Notes: a model not told the origin generated them from the sequence alone. Counted from the stretch's first letter, positions 1 to 8,695 are shown. The stretch is 15,477 nt of DNA from a candidate division WOR-3 bacterium (GCA_049969615.1 JBMFOM010000039.1:1-15477); one strand, 5' to 3'. A program made the numbers and translations.

Positions 1-65
1 AGAGCCTTGCCTCCTCTGATGACGGTCTTTACTCTGGCAAACATAAAGGAATATGTCGGCACCAT
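1..65 (-). CDS. Possible 5' end of a gene running off the left edge (MVPTYSFMFARVKTVIRGGKAL...)
   Basis: The minus-strand frame is open from ATG at 65 (or ATG at 44) to the window edge. It is too short to assign a product and has no clear SD. Confidence 0.25.
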   Translation of the reverse strand, partial: MVPTYSFMFARVKTVIRGGKA

Positions 66-73
66 GTTTTTGA

Positions 74-283
74 CCAAGACTGACCATTCCAAGAAACCAA
101 CCTTGATTTTATGCGGATCTCAGACATGAGGGTAGCTAGAAATGGGGTTTGATACTTGAGATATGTCAGAAGGAAGGATATATACCCCTGGCTTTATCTG
201 TCCAGCCAGGCCATGTGCACATGTTCGTGGGCCTGGAACCAAAACACTCTATCTCTGATGTAGTCAAAGAGCTCCCCGAATAA
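74..283 (+). pseudogene. tnpA: Truncated, decayed IS200/IS605-family Y1 HUH transposase (TnpA/RAYT-like) fragment
   Basis: Manual translation of frame 74-283 gives PRLTIPRNQP*FYADLRHEGS*KWGLILEICQKEGYIPLALSVQPGHVHMFVGLEPKHSISDVVKELPE*. It contains the HUH motif (P-G-H-V-H-M-F-V; family pattern PDHVHLLV) followed by the typical P..SIS.VV..L segment. In-frame stops lie at 104-106 and 137-139. Similarity ends where the hairpin array begins, and no catalytic-Tyr C-terminal half is seen. Confidence 0.75.
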
Positions 284-432
284 ATTCGGGGTTCTTGCTC
301 CGCTCATGAGGCTCCCCGCAATAAATTGCGGGGTATCAAAACCACCGTTCCCAACTCCCCGAAAAAGATGCCCCAGGATTTATCCTGGGGAGACTCAGGA
401 GCTCACCAGAACGCCGAATTTGTTCGGCGAAA
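271..432. repeat. Nested inverted repeat made of four GC-stem hairpins (REPIN/PATE-like non-autonomous element)
   Basis: Hairpins: CCCCGAAT-AA-ATTCGGGG (274-291), CCCCGCAAT-AA-ATTGCGGGG (314-333), CCCCAGGAT-TT-ATCCTGGGG (371-390), CGCCGAA-TTTG-TTCGGCG (412-429). Arm 271-337 reverse-complemented aligns to arm 367-432 at about 49/67 positions by hand, around a 29-nt spacer. Confidence 0.85.
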
Positions 433-514
433 ACCCTTGAAAGCACCAAAGCCTTGCCACGACTTGGACAGGGCCAAGAGAAGCCAGTTGAAAGACAGGA
501 CCCCCAATCAGGGT

Positions 515-553
515 ATAAATGCAGAGGGGAAGCTCCCGGCATTATAATTTCCG
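515..553 (+). promoter_or_regulatory. Putative sigma70 promoter for the truA operon (likely leaderless)
   Basis: Perfect TATAAT at 543-548, 5 nt before the GTG start at 554, with no SD between them. An ATAAATG motif at the -35 position is shared with the duplicated cassette. Confidence 0.55.
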
Positions 554-1279
554 GTGGTATTCAGGATGATCTTGGAATACGATGGGACTGCCTACTTTGG
601 GTGGCAGGTTCAGCCAGATGTACCAACTGTCCAGGGGTCAGTGGAGGCCGCGATGGCGAGGTTCTTGAAACACGATTTCAGGCTCGTTGGCGCTTCCAGA
701 ACCGACCGCGGCGTCCATGCCAGGGGCCAGGTTGCGAGCCTTCACCTGGACGGAGAGGATGATCCGGAGCGAATACGGGCAGCCACAAACGGCAACCTGC
801 CATGGGATATACATGTCAGGGAGACCACGATTGCCGATGAGGGTTTTGATGCCAGGAAAAGCGCCACCGGCAAGAGATACACCTATAGCATAATCCTGGG
901 GAGGTCACCCCTGCGCTCCCGCTTCTCGTGGGAATATGTTTGGGGAGACCTTGACATGGCGCTCCTGCAGAGGATGGCATCCGAGCTGATAGGCGAAAGG
1001 GACATGCGGAACTTCTCGCCGGGTTGTGAGGATAAAAATACCACAGTGAGCATAACGAGAGCTGAGTGGGAACAGCAAGGGGACACCCTCATTTTTACAA
1101 TTGAGGGTAATAGATTCCTATACAGGCTGGTGAGAAACCTGGTTGGGCTAATGGTCAGGGTGGCCGGCGGAAAACTGAGCCCGGAGGAATTCGGGCATGC
1201 TCTGGCGGGGCGAGAAACTAGAATATTCACCGCGCCGGCGAGGGGGCTTTGTCTGGATGAGGTTTTTTACGGAGCGTAG
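554..1279 (+). CDS. truA: tRNA pseudouridine(38-40) synthase TruA
   Basis: 241 aa. N-terminal LEYDGTAYFGWQVQ, catalytic-Asp motif GASRTDRGVHARGQV, F-L-Y..VR..VG segment and C-terminal TAPARGLCL. Confidence 0.97.
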   Translation: MVFRMILEYDGTAYFGWQVQPDVPTVQGSVEAAMARFLKHDFRLVGASRTDRGVHARGQVASLHLDGEDDPERIRAATNGNLPWDIHVRETTIADEGFDARKSATGKRYTYSIILGRSPLRSRFSWEYVWGDLDMALLQRMASELIGERDMRNFSPGCEDKNTTVSITRAEWEQQGDTLIFTIEGNRFLYRLVRNLVGLMVRVAGGKLSPEEFGHALAGRETRIFTAPARGLCLDEVFYGA

Positions 1280-1282
1280 AAA

Positions 1283-1945
1283 ATGAAGCTGTTTATAGAC
1301 ACGGCAAACCTTGAGGATATAAAGGAAATAGCCTCCTGGGGTGTTCTTTCCGGCGCCACCACCAATCCAAGCCTTCTGGCCAGGGAGGGCGGGTCGCCGG
1401 AAGGGATTCTCAGGGAGATATGCGAGATAGTGAAGGGCCCGGTATCAGCGGAGGTAGTAGCAACGGAAAGTCAAGACATGATCAGGGAAGGGCGATCCCT
1501 GTCGGCAATTCACGAGAATATCGTGGTGAAGGTTCCTATGATACCGGAGGGGTTGAAGGCAGTAAGCGTCCTCTCCAAAGAGGGCATAGCGTGCAATGTA
1601 ACCCTGGTCTTCTCTGCGCCGCAGGCCCTCCTGGCCGCCAGGGCGGGTGCCAGGTTCGTGTCGCCGTTCGTCGGGAGACTTGATGACATCGGCGAAAGGG
1701 GCATGGATGTGGTGGCCGAAATAGCAGAGGCTTTCACTGTCGGCGGCATAGAGACCGAAATAATTACTGCTTCCATAAGACACCCCAGGCATGTGATTGA
1801 GGCCGCTATAGCCGGCTCTCATATAGCCACCGTACCCCCAGCCGTTTTTCGGCAGATGATAAAACATCCCCTAACGGACAAGGGCCTTGAGATATTCCTC
1901 AACGATTGGAATGCCAGGTTCGGGAAGGAGAAAACCAAACAATGA
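1283..1945 (+). CDS. tal: Transaldolase, short TalC/FSA-like family
   Basis: 220 aa. [16 protein letters not shown], Schiff-base Lys in [26 protein letters not shown]. Glu in SAEV and Phe in SPFVG are the transaldolase-type residues (FSA has Gln/Tyr). SD-like GGAG upstream. Confidence 0.93.
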   Translation: MKLFIDTANLEDIKEIASWGVLSGATTNPSLLAREGGSPEGILREICEIVKGPVSAEVVATESQDMIREGRSLSAIHENIVVKVPMIPEGLKAVSVLSKEGIACNVTLVFSAPQALLAARAGARFVSPFVGRLDDIGERGMDVVAEIAEAFTVGGIETEIITASIRHPRHVIEAAIAGSHIATVPPAVFRQMIKHPLTDKGLEIFLNDWNARFGKEKTKQ

Positions 1946-3354
1946 AGAGATACCTTTATCTTGTTGTGGGTGGCCTTGGCACCATAGGCGCTGGCCTTCT
2001 CGGCTGGTATGGCGCTGACAAACTCATAAACAGGGGCGGTGGATCAGAGGTCCTCGCGCAGAGCTCCACAAAACAGGTCCGGATAACGGAATCCAGGAAC
2101 ACGGCGCTGGTTATAGCCACTCAGGCGGTGTCGCCAGCCGTGGTATCCGTCTCGGTCATAGGCTCCAGAAAGGTCGCGTCCTCTCCATTCATGGACCCGT
2201 TCTGGGCACCACTTTTCCCGCCAATATACAGGACAGAGAGGGTAGTCTCGCTGGGTTCGGGGTTCATAATCTCCCAGGACGGCTATGTGCTCACCAATGA
2301 GCATGTGATTCACGAGGGAGATAGCATAGTGATAACCCTTTCTGATGGCAGGAGCTACAAGGCGGACCTGGTTGGTTCATCCGAACGGATTGATGTGGCC
2401 CTCCTGAAGGTCAAGGCCGCCGGGCTCCCGGCCGTAACATTCGGTAATTCCGACAACCTCGCCCCCGGAGAGTGGGCAATAGCCATAGGGAATCCTGTTG
2501 GTTATCTACTAGAAGACCTGGATCCGACCGTGACCGTCGGAGTAATAAGCGCGACCAGAAGGACAATAAAGGGCGAGGAGGGTGGCAGGATATACAGGGA
2601 CATGATCCAGACAGATGCGGCTGTGAACCCCGGCAACTCCGGGGGGCCTTTGGTGAACGCTGACGGAGAGGTAATAGGGATGAACACCTTCATATTCAGC
2701 AAATCCGGAGGTTCAGAAGGTCTCGGTTTCGCGATCCCCTCCAATACATTGATAAAATGCGTTGAAGAGCTGAGGAAATATGGGAGGGTTCGGGAGGCAT
2801 TCCTGCCAGTTTCCGTTCAGAACATAAGCCGGGAGCTTGCCGATGCGCTTGATTATCCAGGGTCCTCAGGGGTCGTTGTTGTCTCCTCAAGGGACGATAG
2901 GATAAAAACCGAGGATGTTATAATTGAGGCAAACGGGAGGCCGATAAGGATAGTTGGTGACTGGGAGGATATAACCTATTTCCTGACTCCGGGTGAAAGG
3001 GTAAAAGTAAAAGTCTTCAGGAGGGGTCAGTATCTTGACCTTGAACTGGTGGCGCAGGAAGTGAAGGAAACCGGGGTGAAGACATCCCTTGGCCTTGAAA
3101 TAGCGACCATAACGCCTGAGCTGGTGGAAAAATACGGCCTTGAAGAGAGCAGTGGACTCGTCATAGTCAACATCCAAAAGAACTCCTTCGCAGAGAGAAT
3201 GGGCCTGATAAAAGGGGATGTCATACTCAAGGTCAACGGGGTATCTCCGGAGAGCGTTGAGGAATTTGAGAAGGCGGTAGAATCGCGGAGGGGATTGCTG
3301 GAAATGGTCATATCAAGAAAGGGTTCCCGATTCTACATATCATACAAATACTGA
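1942..3354 (+). CDS. htrA: HtrA/DegP-family serine protease with N-terminal membrane anchor and two PDZ domains
   Basis: Triad motifs TNEHV, IDVAL and [17 protein letters not shown]; two PDZ-like C-terminal repeats. Start moved to ATG 1942 (ATGA overlap with the tal stop, AAGGAG upstream, [11 protein letters not shown] hydrophobic N-terminus). Confidence 0.95.
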   Translation: MKRYLYLVVGGLGTIGAGLLGWYGADKLINRGGGSEVLAQSSTKQVRITESRNTALVIATQAVSPAVVSVSVIGSRKVASSPFMDPFWAPLFPPIYRTERVVSLGSGFIISQDGYVLTNEHVIHEGDSIVITLSDGRSYKADLVGSSERIDVALLKVKAAGLPAVTFGNSDNLAPGEWAIAIGNPVGYLLEDLDPTVTVGVISATRRTIKGEEGGRIYRDMIQTDAAVNPGNSGGPLVNADGEVIGMNTFIFSKSGGSEGLGFAIPSNTLIKCVEELRKYGRVREAFLPVSVQNISRELADALDYPGSSGVVVVSSRDDRIKTEDVIIEANGRPIRIVGDWEDITYFLTPGERVKVKVFRRGQYLDLELVAQEVKETGVKTSLGLEIATITPELVEKYGLEESSGLVIVNIQKNSFAERMGLIKGDVILKVNGVSPESVEEFEKAVESRRGLLEMVISRKGSRFYISYKY

Positions 3355-3355
3355 T

Positions 3356-4153
3356 ATGGACAACCTGGCAATGCGGATAAGAACAGGAATCCTCATACTC
3401 CTGGGGATAGGTGTCCTCGTTGGGGGGTATATTTGGTTCGCAAACTGGCGCTTCAACAGAAAGGTCCACAGATACAGGGTGAATGTCTCGTCCGCATCGT
3501 GGGTTCAAAAGGGAACCCTAGTAACCATATCCGGCGTCCCAAAAGGGAGGGTAGATGAACTGGAGCTCTATCCCGAAAGCGTCATACTCTTCATCAGCAT
3601 TGAGGATTACGCGCTCATGGACAGCGCTTTCGCCATAATAGAGAACCAGGGCGTCATGGGTGAGAGAAGGATTGAAATCTACATGGGTAAAGGGGACACA
3701 TTGCCTGAGTGGGCAACCATACCTGGCTACGACACACCGACCATAGGCGATCTAGTGGAGGGGGCGAACAAGCTGATGCAGGATGTTGATTCCCTCGCCC
3801 TGGAGGCGAGAAACGCTGTCAAGGTGGTATCCGAGCGGACTCAGGCCCTGGAGGCGCAGGTCACGAGTACCCTCTCTGAGATAGAGGCGCTTTCCATGGA
3901 GCTGAGGGTATCCGTAAAAAAGATCAGCGAGAAAACGGATACTTCAATTACCAGGTTTGATAGTCTCATCGTCCATCTTGACTCGGTGAGCGTGAGCCTG
4001 AGGGCACTGGTTGAGTCCGAGGGCACGGTCCAGCGCCTCGCGGCCGATGACAGGCTCTACAAGGAGCTGGAAAAAACGGTCAGATCTGCCCAGGACCTTA
4101 TAGAGGACATCAGGGCCAACCCCAAAAGGTATCTTACCATAGAGATATTCTAA
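3356..4153 (+). CDS. MCE/MlaD-family protein
   Basis: 265 aa. N-terminal TM (RTGILILLGIGVLVGGYIWF), MCE-like core (GTLVTISGVPKGRV...GVMGERRIEI), long helical region and C-terminal DIRANPKRY motif. Confidence 0.85.
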   Translation: MDNLAMRIRTGILILLGIGVLVGGYIWFANWRFNRKVHRYRVNVSSASWVQKGTLVTISGVPKGRVDELELYPESVILFISIEDYALMDSAFAIIENQGVMGERRIEIYMGKGDTLPEWATIPGYDTPTIGDLVEGANKLMQDVDSLALEARNAVKVVSERTQALEAQVTSTLSEIEALSMELRVSVKKISEKTDTSITRFDSLIVHLDSVSVSLRALVESEGTVQRLAADDRLYKELEKTVRSAQDLIEDIRANPKRYLTIEIF

Positions 4154-4173
4154 CCCAGATTTTGTGGCAGGCT

Positions 4174-4214
4174 CAAATAAATGATCCTGCACAGAAAATG
4201 GGTTATAATTTCTA
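4174..4214 (+). promoter_or_regulatory. 41-bp promoter-like cassette, copy 1 (upstream of rhaD)
   Basis: CAAATAAATGATCCTGCACAGAAAATGGGTTATAATTTCTA. ATGATC-17 nt-TATAAT (4204-4209). 40/41 identical to 10041-10081. Confidence 0.8.
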
Positions 4215-4215
4215 T

Positions 4216-4962
4216 GTGGAAAGACAGCTAGGTCCTGTGTTGGAAAAGCTCGCCAGGATAGCCGGTCTCCTCTGGCAGAAAGGGTGGGCAGAGGCCAACG
4301 CTGGCAACATATCAATTAACCTGACAGGCATATTGGCGGTAAAAAGCCATAAGGTCGTGGGGGAAAGGCCCCTTTTGACACCAAGGTCAGAGCTGGCTGG
4401 CCAAAGTTTTCTAGTTACGGCGACCGGCTCAAGGATGCGAGACCTCGCGGGGGATCCGGCTGGAGGGGTTGGCCTGATAACCATATCGGAGGATGGCGAG
4501 GGATACCATGTCACCTGGCAGGGAGCAGAGAGGTTCTCGCCGAGCTCTGAGCTGGACTCACACCTTGCAATACACGGGCTTTTGGTTTCTCACGGCTCGG
4601 ACTGCAGGGCCGTCCTGCACGCGCACCCGGATGAGCTAATCGCCGTCAGCCTGCGAAGGGAATTCCAGAGCGAAAAAGCGTTGAACGAACTCCTCATGTC
4701 AATGCATCCGGAGGCCACGGTCGCTTTTCCAGAGGGGGTTGGCCTTGTCCCATATGTCTTGCCGGGCTCTGATGAGCTTTTGGGTGCGACGATGAGGGCA
4801 TTCAAGAACCACAGGGTTGTCATATGGGCGAACCACGGGGCAATATCGGTGGGGAGAGACCTGGAAGAGGCCTTTGACCTAATGGACATCCTGAACAAGA
4901 TGGCGAGGATATTTCTGATCAACAACGCCAATCAGCCCGTATCGGGCCTCGGTGAAAAATAG
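4216..4962 (+). CDS. rhaD: Class II aldolase, rhamnulose-1-phosphate aldolase-like
   Basis: WQKGWAEANAGNIS, FLVTATGSRMRD, PSSELDSHL, Zn-ligand motifs HAHP and NHG, EEAFDL. Start placed at GTG 4216, 6 nt after TATAAT, because the ORF-track N-terminus (4162-4215) is the duplicated promoter cassette. Confidence 0.82.
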   Translation: MERQLGPVLEKLARIAGLLWQKGWAEANAGNISINLTGILAVKSHKVVGERPLLTPRSELAGQSFLVTATGSRMRDLAGDPAGGVGLITISEDGEGYHVTWQGAERFSPSSELDSHLAIHGLLVSHGSDCRAVLHAHPDELIAVSLRREFQSEKALNELLMSMHPEATVAFPEGVGLVPYVLPGSDELLGATMRAFKNHRVVIWANHGAISVGRDLEEAFDLMDILNKMARIFLINNANQPVSGLGEK

Positions 4963-5150
4963 GCCGAAAACATATGTCGGAGTTTCGGAAAGTGAGGGAA
5001 GTGGTTCTCAGGTCCGGAACCAGCAATCCGCCACAATGAGGCTATTGCGGAGCGTCCATCCTATCTCACGCACAAATATGAAACCCTAAAAAAATCCCGG
5101 TTTGCCCTTTATTCCTATCCGAAAGCCTCATCATAGCTAAAAGAGAACCC

Positions 5151-8100
5151 TTAGTATTCCAAAAGCGTCCTGTAATAAGCCTTAATGAGCTTCTGCATCT
5201 CCGGCGGGTATCGCCAGAACTCCTCACCGCGGACAGACTGAAGGAGGGATTTTCTTATTTGCTCACGGTCTGATGGTTTCGGCGGGACACCGGTGAATGG
5301 TTTAGCGGTCTCGGATTCCCTCTGTGGATTGAACTCCTGCTTTTTTATGGATTGCTGAGCCTCAAGGAGCCGGGTGTAAATGCTCTGTTGCTTCTTAAGG
5401 AGCTCCTCGTCCAACCGCTTCTGACGAAGCAAATCCTCAACCTTCTCCATTTCCTCCTGTGCGCCCTCAAGCGCCTGCTGAAGCCCCTTCGCGTCGGGGT
5501 TGTTCTGGATGGCCTGCCGAAGGGCCTCAATCTGTCTTCGCAATGCCTCCTGTTCCGCGGCCATTGCTAACAAACGCTGGCCAGCCATGTCCGGGGTGAT
5601 CCCCCCCTGCTGAAACATCTGAAGGAGGCTTTGGGTCTGTGAATTCATCTCGCTCTGAGCCCTTGCCATTTCAGCGAGCTTTTTCATGGCCTCAGTCATT
5701 CCCGTTGAGCTCCCCGCGCACTGGCATTCCTGCTGGGTCTCAAATAGGGCGAGGGCCACGAGGTTGAGCTCTGCCATTGCCTCATCCGGGTTGACCCTCT
5801 GGCCCTCGGTCATGAATTCAAAGAGCCTCTGCGAGCCGAGCAGGTAGGCGTATATCTTGGGCGGAATGAGGGCTGTCATCTTGGCTATCTCATCAAGCCG
5901 GTCCCTCGCGGCCTTAACGGCATCAGCCATTGCCTTTGCCCTTGCCCTGAACTCGTTCTGGTCCAATATATCGTGCATGCCAGGCACCTGTCCCGAAACG
6001 AATATGACCTCTTGCCTCAAAATCGCCAGGGCCTTGATTATCTCCTCCTTTCTCCTGTCAGTGAGCGAGAACGTGGCTGATCCCAAGGAGGACGCGGCCT
6101 TCTTTAGGGCCTGCGCCGCTGATGACTGGTTTTGCTGTGCCTTGTTCTTGTTCCCCTGTGATAATTGCTGGCTCGCTTCTCTGGCATCGCTGGCGGCCTC
6201 CGAGAGCTCATTCTCGGAAATATCCTTAAGGAGCTTACCCTCCTGCTCCCCGGCCGCGGAAAGCTCGGCGCCGAGCTTCTCGGCTTTCTCTCTCAGATTC
6301 TCAATCTGCTCGGCAAGGCGTTGCTGTTTCTGCAAGAGTTCAGGACCAGGGCCTTTTATCCCGGTTTCTCTCTCAAGGGCTTCTTGCTCAGTGGCCAGCC
6401 TCTCGGCCTCGGCCGCGAGTTCCTGCATTCGGATCTCCTGCGCGTAGCGCTTGAGAAGCTCCTCTGTTCTCTCTAGGCGTCTCTTTAACTCCTCCTGGTT
6501 GAGCTGGAAATTCTTAAAGGCTTCCTCAACGGCCTTCTTGTCCAGGCTCGCCATGGCCCTCTGCAATTCCTCAAGGGATTTCCAAAGCTCATCGGTCATG
6601 ACCTCGCTCATCAGCTTCTGAACCTCTGCGAATTTTTCCAGAAGCTCAGGGTCATAGTTGGGCAATTGTGATAATTCCTGGAACTCTGCGCTCATCTCCT
6701 GGGTGGCTCTAGAAACCTCCTGAGCCAATTCCTGTGCCTCGGACAATGCCCTCTCTATACGTTGGCGTTCTTCCCAGCTGAGGTCTTTTGAGGACTTGAG
6801 GATGTCGTTGACCTCCTGCATCTTCTGTGTGAGGGCCTCTGCCTGGGCCTTGAGGTCGCCAGCCTTTTCGGACGCGGATTCGGATGTGGACGCGGAAAGC
6901 CCAAATATCTCTTCCATAGAGGGGAAACGAACACGCAGGGATGGAGTGATGCTCTTCTGTCCACGGGTGTCCGTGGCCTCCGCCCAGACCAGGGCCTCGT
7001 CCCCCGGCAGCATATCCATGCCGGATAATGATACCGTGGCCTGGCCTGAGACATCGGCCGCACCGGGCCTTATCGGGATGGCCGCGGAACCCTTTGTTCC
7101 TTTCAACTCCCAAAGAACAAGGACCGAACGCAGTCCAATATCGTCCTCGGCTTGGACGATAACGGGAACGCGCTCGTCATCCGGAAGATAGACATCTGAC
7201 TCAGGCTGGACCATCCGGACGGTCGGCGGGTTGTCTGGTATAACACCTATCTCCAGCTTTCTGGGGCTTTTCGTCCACAGGGGACCGTTCTTGAGGGCTA
7301 TCTCAAGCACCCCGTCCTCCTCAAGGCTCAGGGTCATCCCAGAAAGGGGTTTTCCCTTCCAGATCAGAACAGCGGAATCACCAGTATGTTCAATGGATAT
7401 TTGTATTGTCCCGCCCTGGTGGCCCGTGAGCGAGACCGGCTCGTCTATTTCGGTTTCTCGGCCACCAAGCGTAGCGGGTTGCTTCAACCAGACCTTTATT
7501 CCCTTCAGATATGGTCTCTCAACTGCCAGAAGGTTTTTTTGAGAGAGGGTATCGCCCTTTGCCACAAGTATGGCCGTGTATCTACCAGCTGTGAGCCTTC
7601 CGGTTTCCATCCGGGGCTGGGCCAGGAATTCCTTCTTTTCTGGCCCCACCAATATAACACGAGCGCCATCCGGTTTTCCCACAATGGACAATACGGTTCC
7701 ATCATCGCAGAAAAATGTTGTTTTCTCCGGGAAGATAAAACCCACCGCCCCCCGCGGAGCGAGGAAATCATGAGGCGAAAGGCCAACCCTCAGACAAAGC
7801 AGGCTCGCTGAGGCCATGACCACCGTGAGAACCATGGGCTTTATCCTGAATACCCTCCTTGCTGATGGCTTGGCCGCGATTATCCTCTCTGTGAGCATGG
7901 ACAGGATGTCCTTGCCAGCGCTGGTCCTGAGTTCCACCCAGGATATGAGGCTTTCGGCCAGGCTCGGATTCGCCTTTTCAATGGCCCAGGCAATCCGCTC
8001 ATCCGGAAGGGAACGAATCAAACGAAAAACCAGCCACGCCAACCCCGCCGGGACGACGATCGCGCTCAACAACAGCGGGTTCAAGGCAAATAGGCCGGCC

Positions 8101-8186
8101 ACCGCGAGGGCCGCGGCCAGCGAAACCAGAATTGCCTCGGCTACGGACGCGATGATGACAAAGAGTCTCGCCCTGAGAAGAATCAG
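5151..8186 (-). CDS. Large DUF4175-like membrane-anchored coiled-coil protein (~1011 aa)
   Basis: Two N-terminal hydrophobic helices, a beta-rich middle with PDNPPTV..P..D and AEDDIGL motifs, then a long Q/E/A-rich coiled coil ending ...LIKAYYRTL. The ORF track starts at GTG 8102, but the frame is open upstream and an in-frame CTG at 8186 has a GGAGGT SD and overlaps the upstream stop. Confidence 0.75.
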   Translation of the reverse strand: MILLRARLFVIIASVAEAILVSLAAALAVAGLFALNPLLLSAIVVPAGLAWLVFRLIRSLPDERIAWAIEKANPSLAESLISWVELRTSAGKDILSMLTERIIAAKPSARRVFRIKPMVLTVVMASASLLCLRVGLSPHDFLAPRGAVGFIFPEKTTFFCDDGTVLSIVGKPDGARVILVGPEKKEFLAQPRMETGRLTAGRYTAILVAKGDTLSQKNLLAVERPYLKGIKVWLKQPATLGGRETEIDEPVSLTGHQGGTIQISIEHTGDSAVLIWKGKPLSGMTLSLEEDGVLEIALKNGPLWTKSPRKLEIGVIPDNPPTVRMVQPESDVYLPDDERVPVIVQAEDDIGLRSVLVLWELKGTKGSAAIPIRPGAADVSGQATVSLSGMDMLPGDEALVWAEATDTRGQKSITPSLRVRFPSMEEIFGLSASTSESASEKAGDLKAQAEALTQKMQEVNDILKSSKDLSWEERQRIERALSEAQELAQEVSRATQEMSAEFQELSQLPNYDPELLEKFAEVQKLMSEVMTDELWKSLEELQRAMASLDKKAVEEAFKNFQLNQEELKRRLERTEELLKRYAQEIRMQELAAEAERLATEQEALERETGIKGPGPELLQKQQRLAEQIENLREKAEKLGAELSAAGEQEGKLLKDISENELSEAASDAREASQQLSQGNKNKAQQNQSSAAQALKKAASSLGSATFSLTDRRKEEIIKALAILRQEVIFVSGQVPGMHDILDQNEFRARAKAMADAVKAARDRLDEIAKMTALIPPKIYAYLLGSQRLFEFMTEGQRVNPDEAMAELNLVALALFETQQECQCAGSSTGMTEAMKKLAEMARAQSEMNSQTQSLLQMFQQGGITPDMAGQRLLAMAAEQEALRRQIEALRQAIQNNPDAKGLQQALEGAQEEMEKVEDLLRQKRLDEELLKKQQSIYTRLLEAQQSIKKQEFNPQRESETAKPFTGVPPKPSDREQIRKSLLQSVRGEEFWRYPPEMQKLIKAYYRTLLEY

Positions 8187-8695
8187 GCTCCCACCTCCCC
8201 ATCTGGAAAAACGCTCGCGAAAATACGGAAGGACTCCTGATCAAAGAGGACTATTCTGACCTCCTGAGGAGCCGATGGGTTATTCGCGAAAGATAGTATT
8301 TCCTCGCGCATTATCCTAGCCGCCTCGGCCACAGGAAAACCGCCAACGCCCGTGCCCATGGCAGGGAAGGTTATCTCTCTGGCTCCTGTTTCACAGGCTC
8401 TCCGCATAGCGTTTCGGGTCGCGAGCCTTATCTTTTCCTCATCCGTTTTGAAATCAAGAGCCATGGTCGCGGCATGTATAACATATCTGGCAGGTAGGCG
8501 ACCAGCGCCGGTGACCCAGGCCTCACCGACAATGCCAGGCGCCTTTGCTCTGGCCTCGTCCTCTATTTCCTTACCGCCGGCTCTCTTTATGGCACCGGCG
8601 ACCCCGCCGCCCATGATCCCCGCGCTGTTAGCGGGGTTCACGATAGCATCGGTATCCTCGCGAGTTATGTCACCCTTTTTTATCAGTATCTTCAC
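8183..8695 (-). CDS. Macrodomain (ADP-ribose binding/processing; MacroD/AF1521/YmdB-like) protein
   Basis: KGDIT, DAIVNPANS, MGGGVAGAI, YVIHAA, FPAMGTGVGG. Likely start is GTG 8695 with GGAGG upstream (170 aa). Confidence 0.93.
   Translation of the reverse strand: MKILIKKGDITREDTDAIVNPANSAGIMGGGVAGAIKRAGGKEIEDEARAKAPGIVGEAWVTGAGRLPARYVIHAATMALDFKTDEEKIRLATRNAMRRACETGAREITFPAMGTGVGGFPVAEAARIMREEILSFANNPSAPQEVRIVLFDQESFRIFASVFPDGEVGA

Noticed and set aside
271-432. CRISPR array interpretation of the repeated palindromes
   Set aside because: The units differ in sequence, switch orientation halfway, have irregular spacing and have no cas genes nearby.
326-762. ORFs 326-547 (+), 336-542 (-) and 454-762 (+)
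   Set aside because: They run through the hairpin array and promoter or overlap truA out of frame, and show no recognisable motifs.
4162-4215. N-terminal extension MWQAQINDPAQKMGYNFY of RhaD and the matching peptide in ORF 10008-10226
   Set aside because: The shared peptide is simply the translation of the duplicated 41-bp cassette; at the ddl locus it is out of frame with ddl.
4996-5150. Possible ncRNA or terminator between convergent rhaD and DUF4175-like genes
   Set aside because: Only short or bulged stems (TGGTTC/GAACCA; TCCGC..AAT/ATTGCGGA), with no convincing terminator or recognisable RNA family.
8183-8695. DarTG toxin-antitoxin or Thoeris-type defence system
   Set aside because: This is a stand-alone macrodomain without the DarG C-terminal extension, and there is no DarT, TIR or sirtuin gene in the window.
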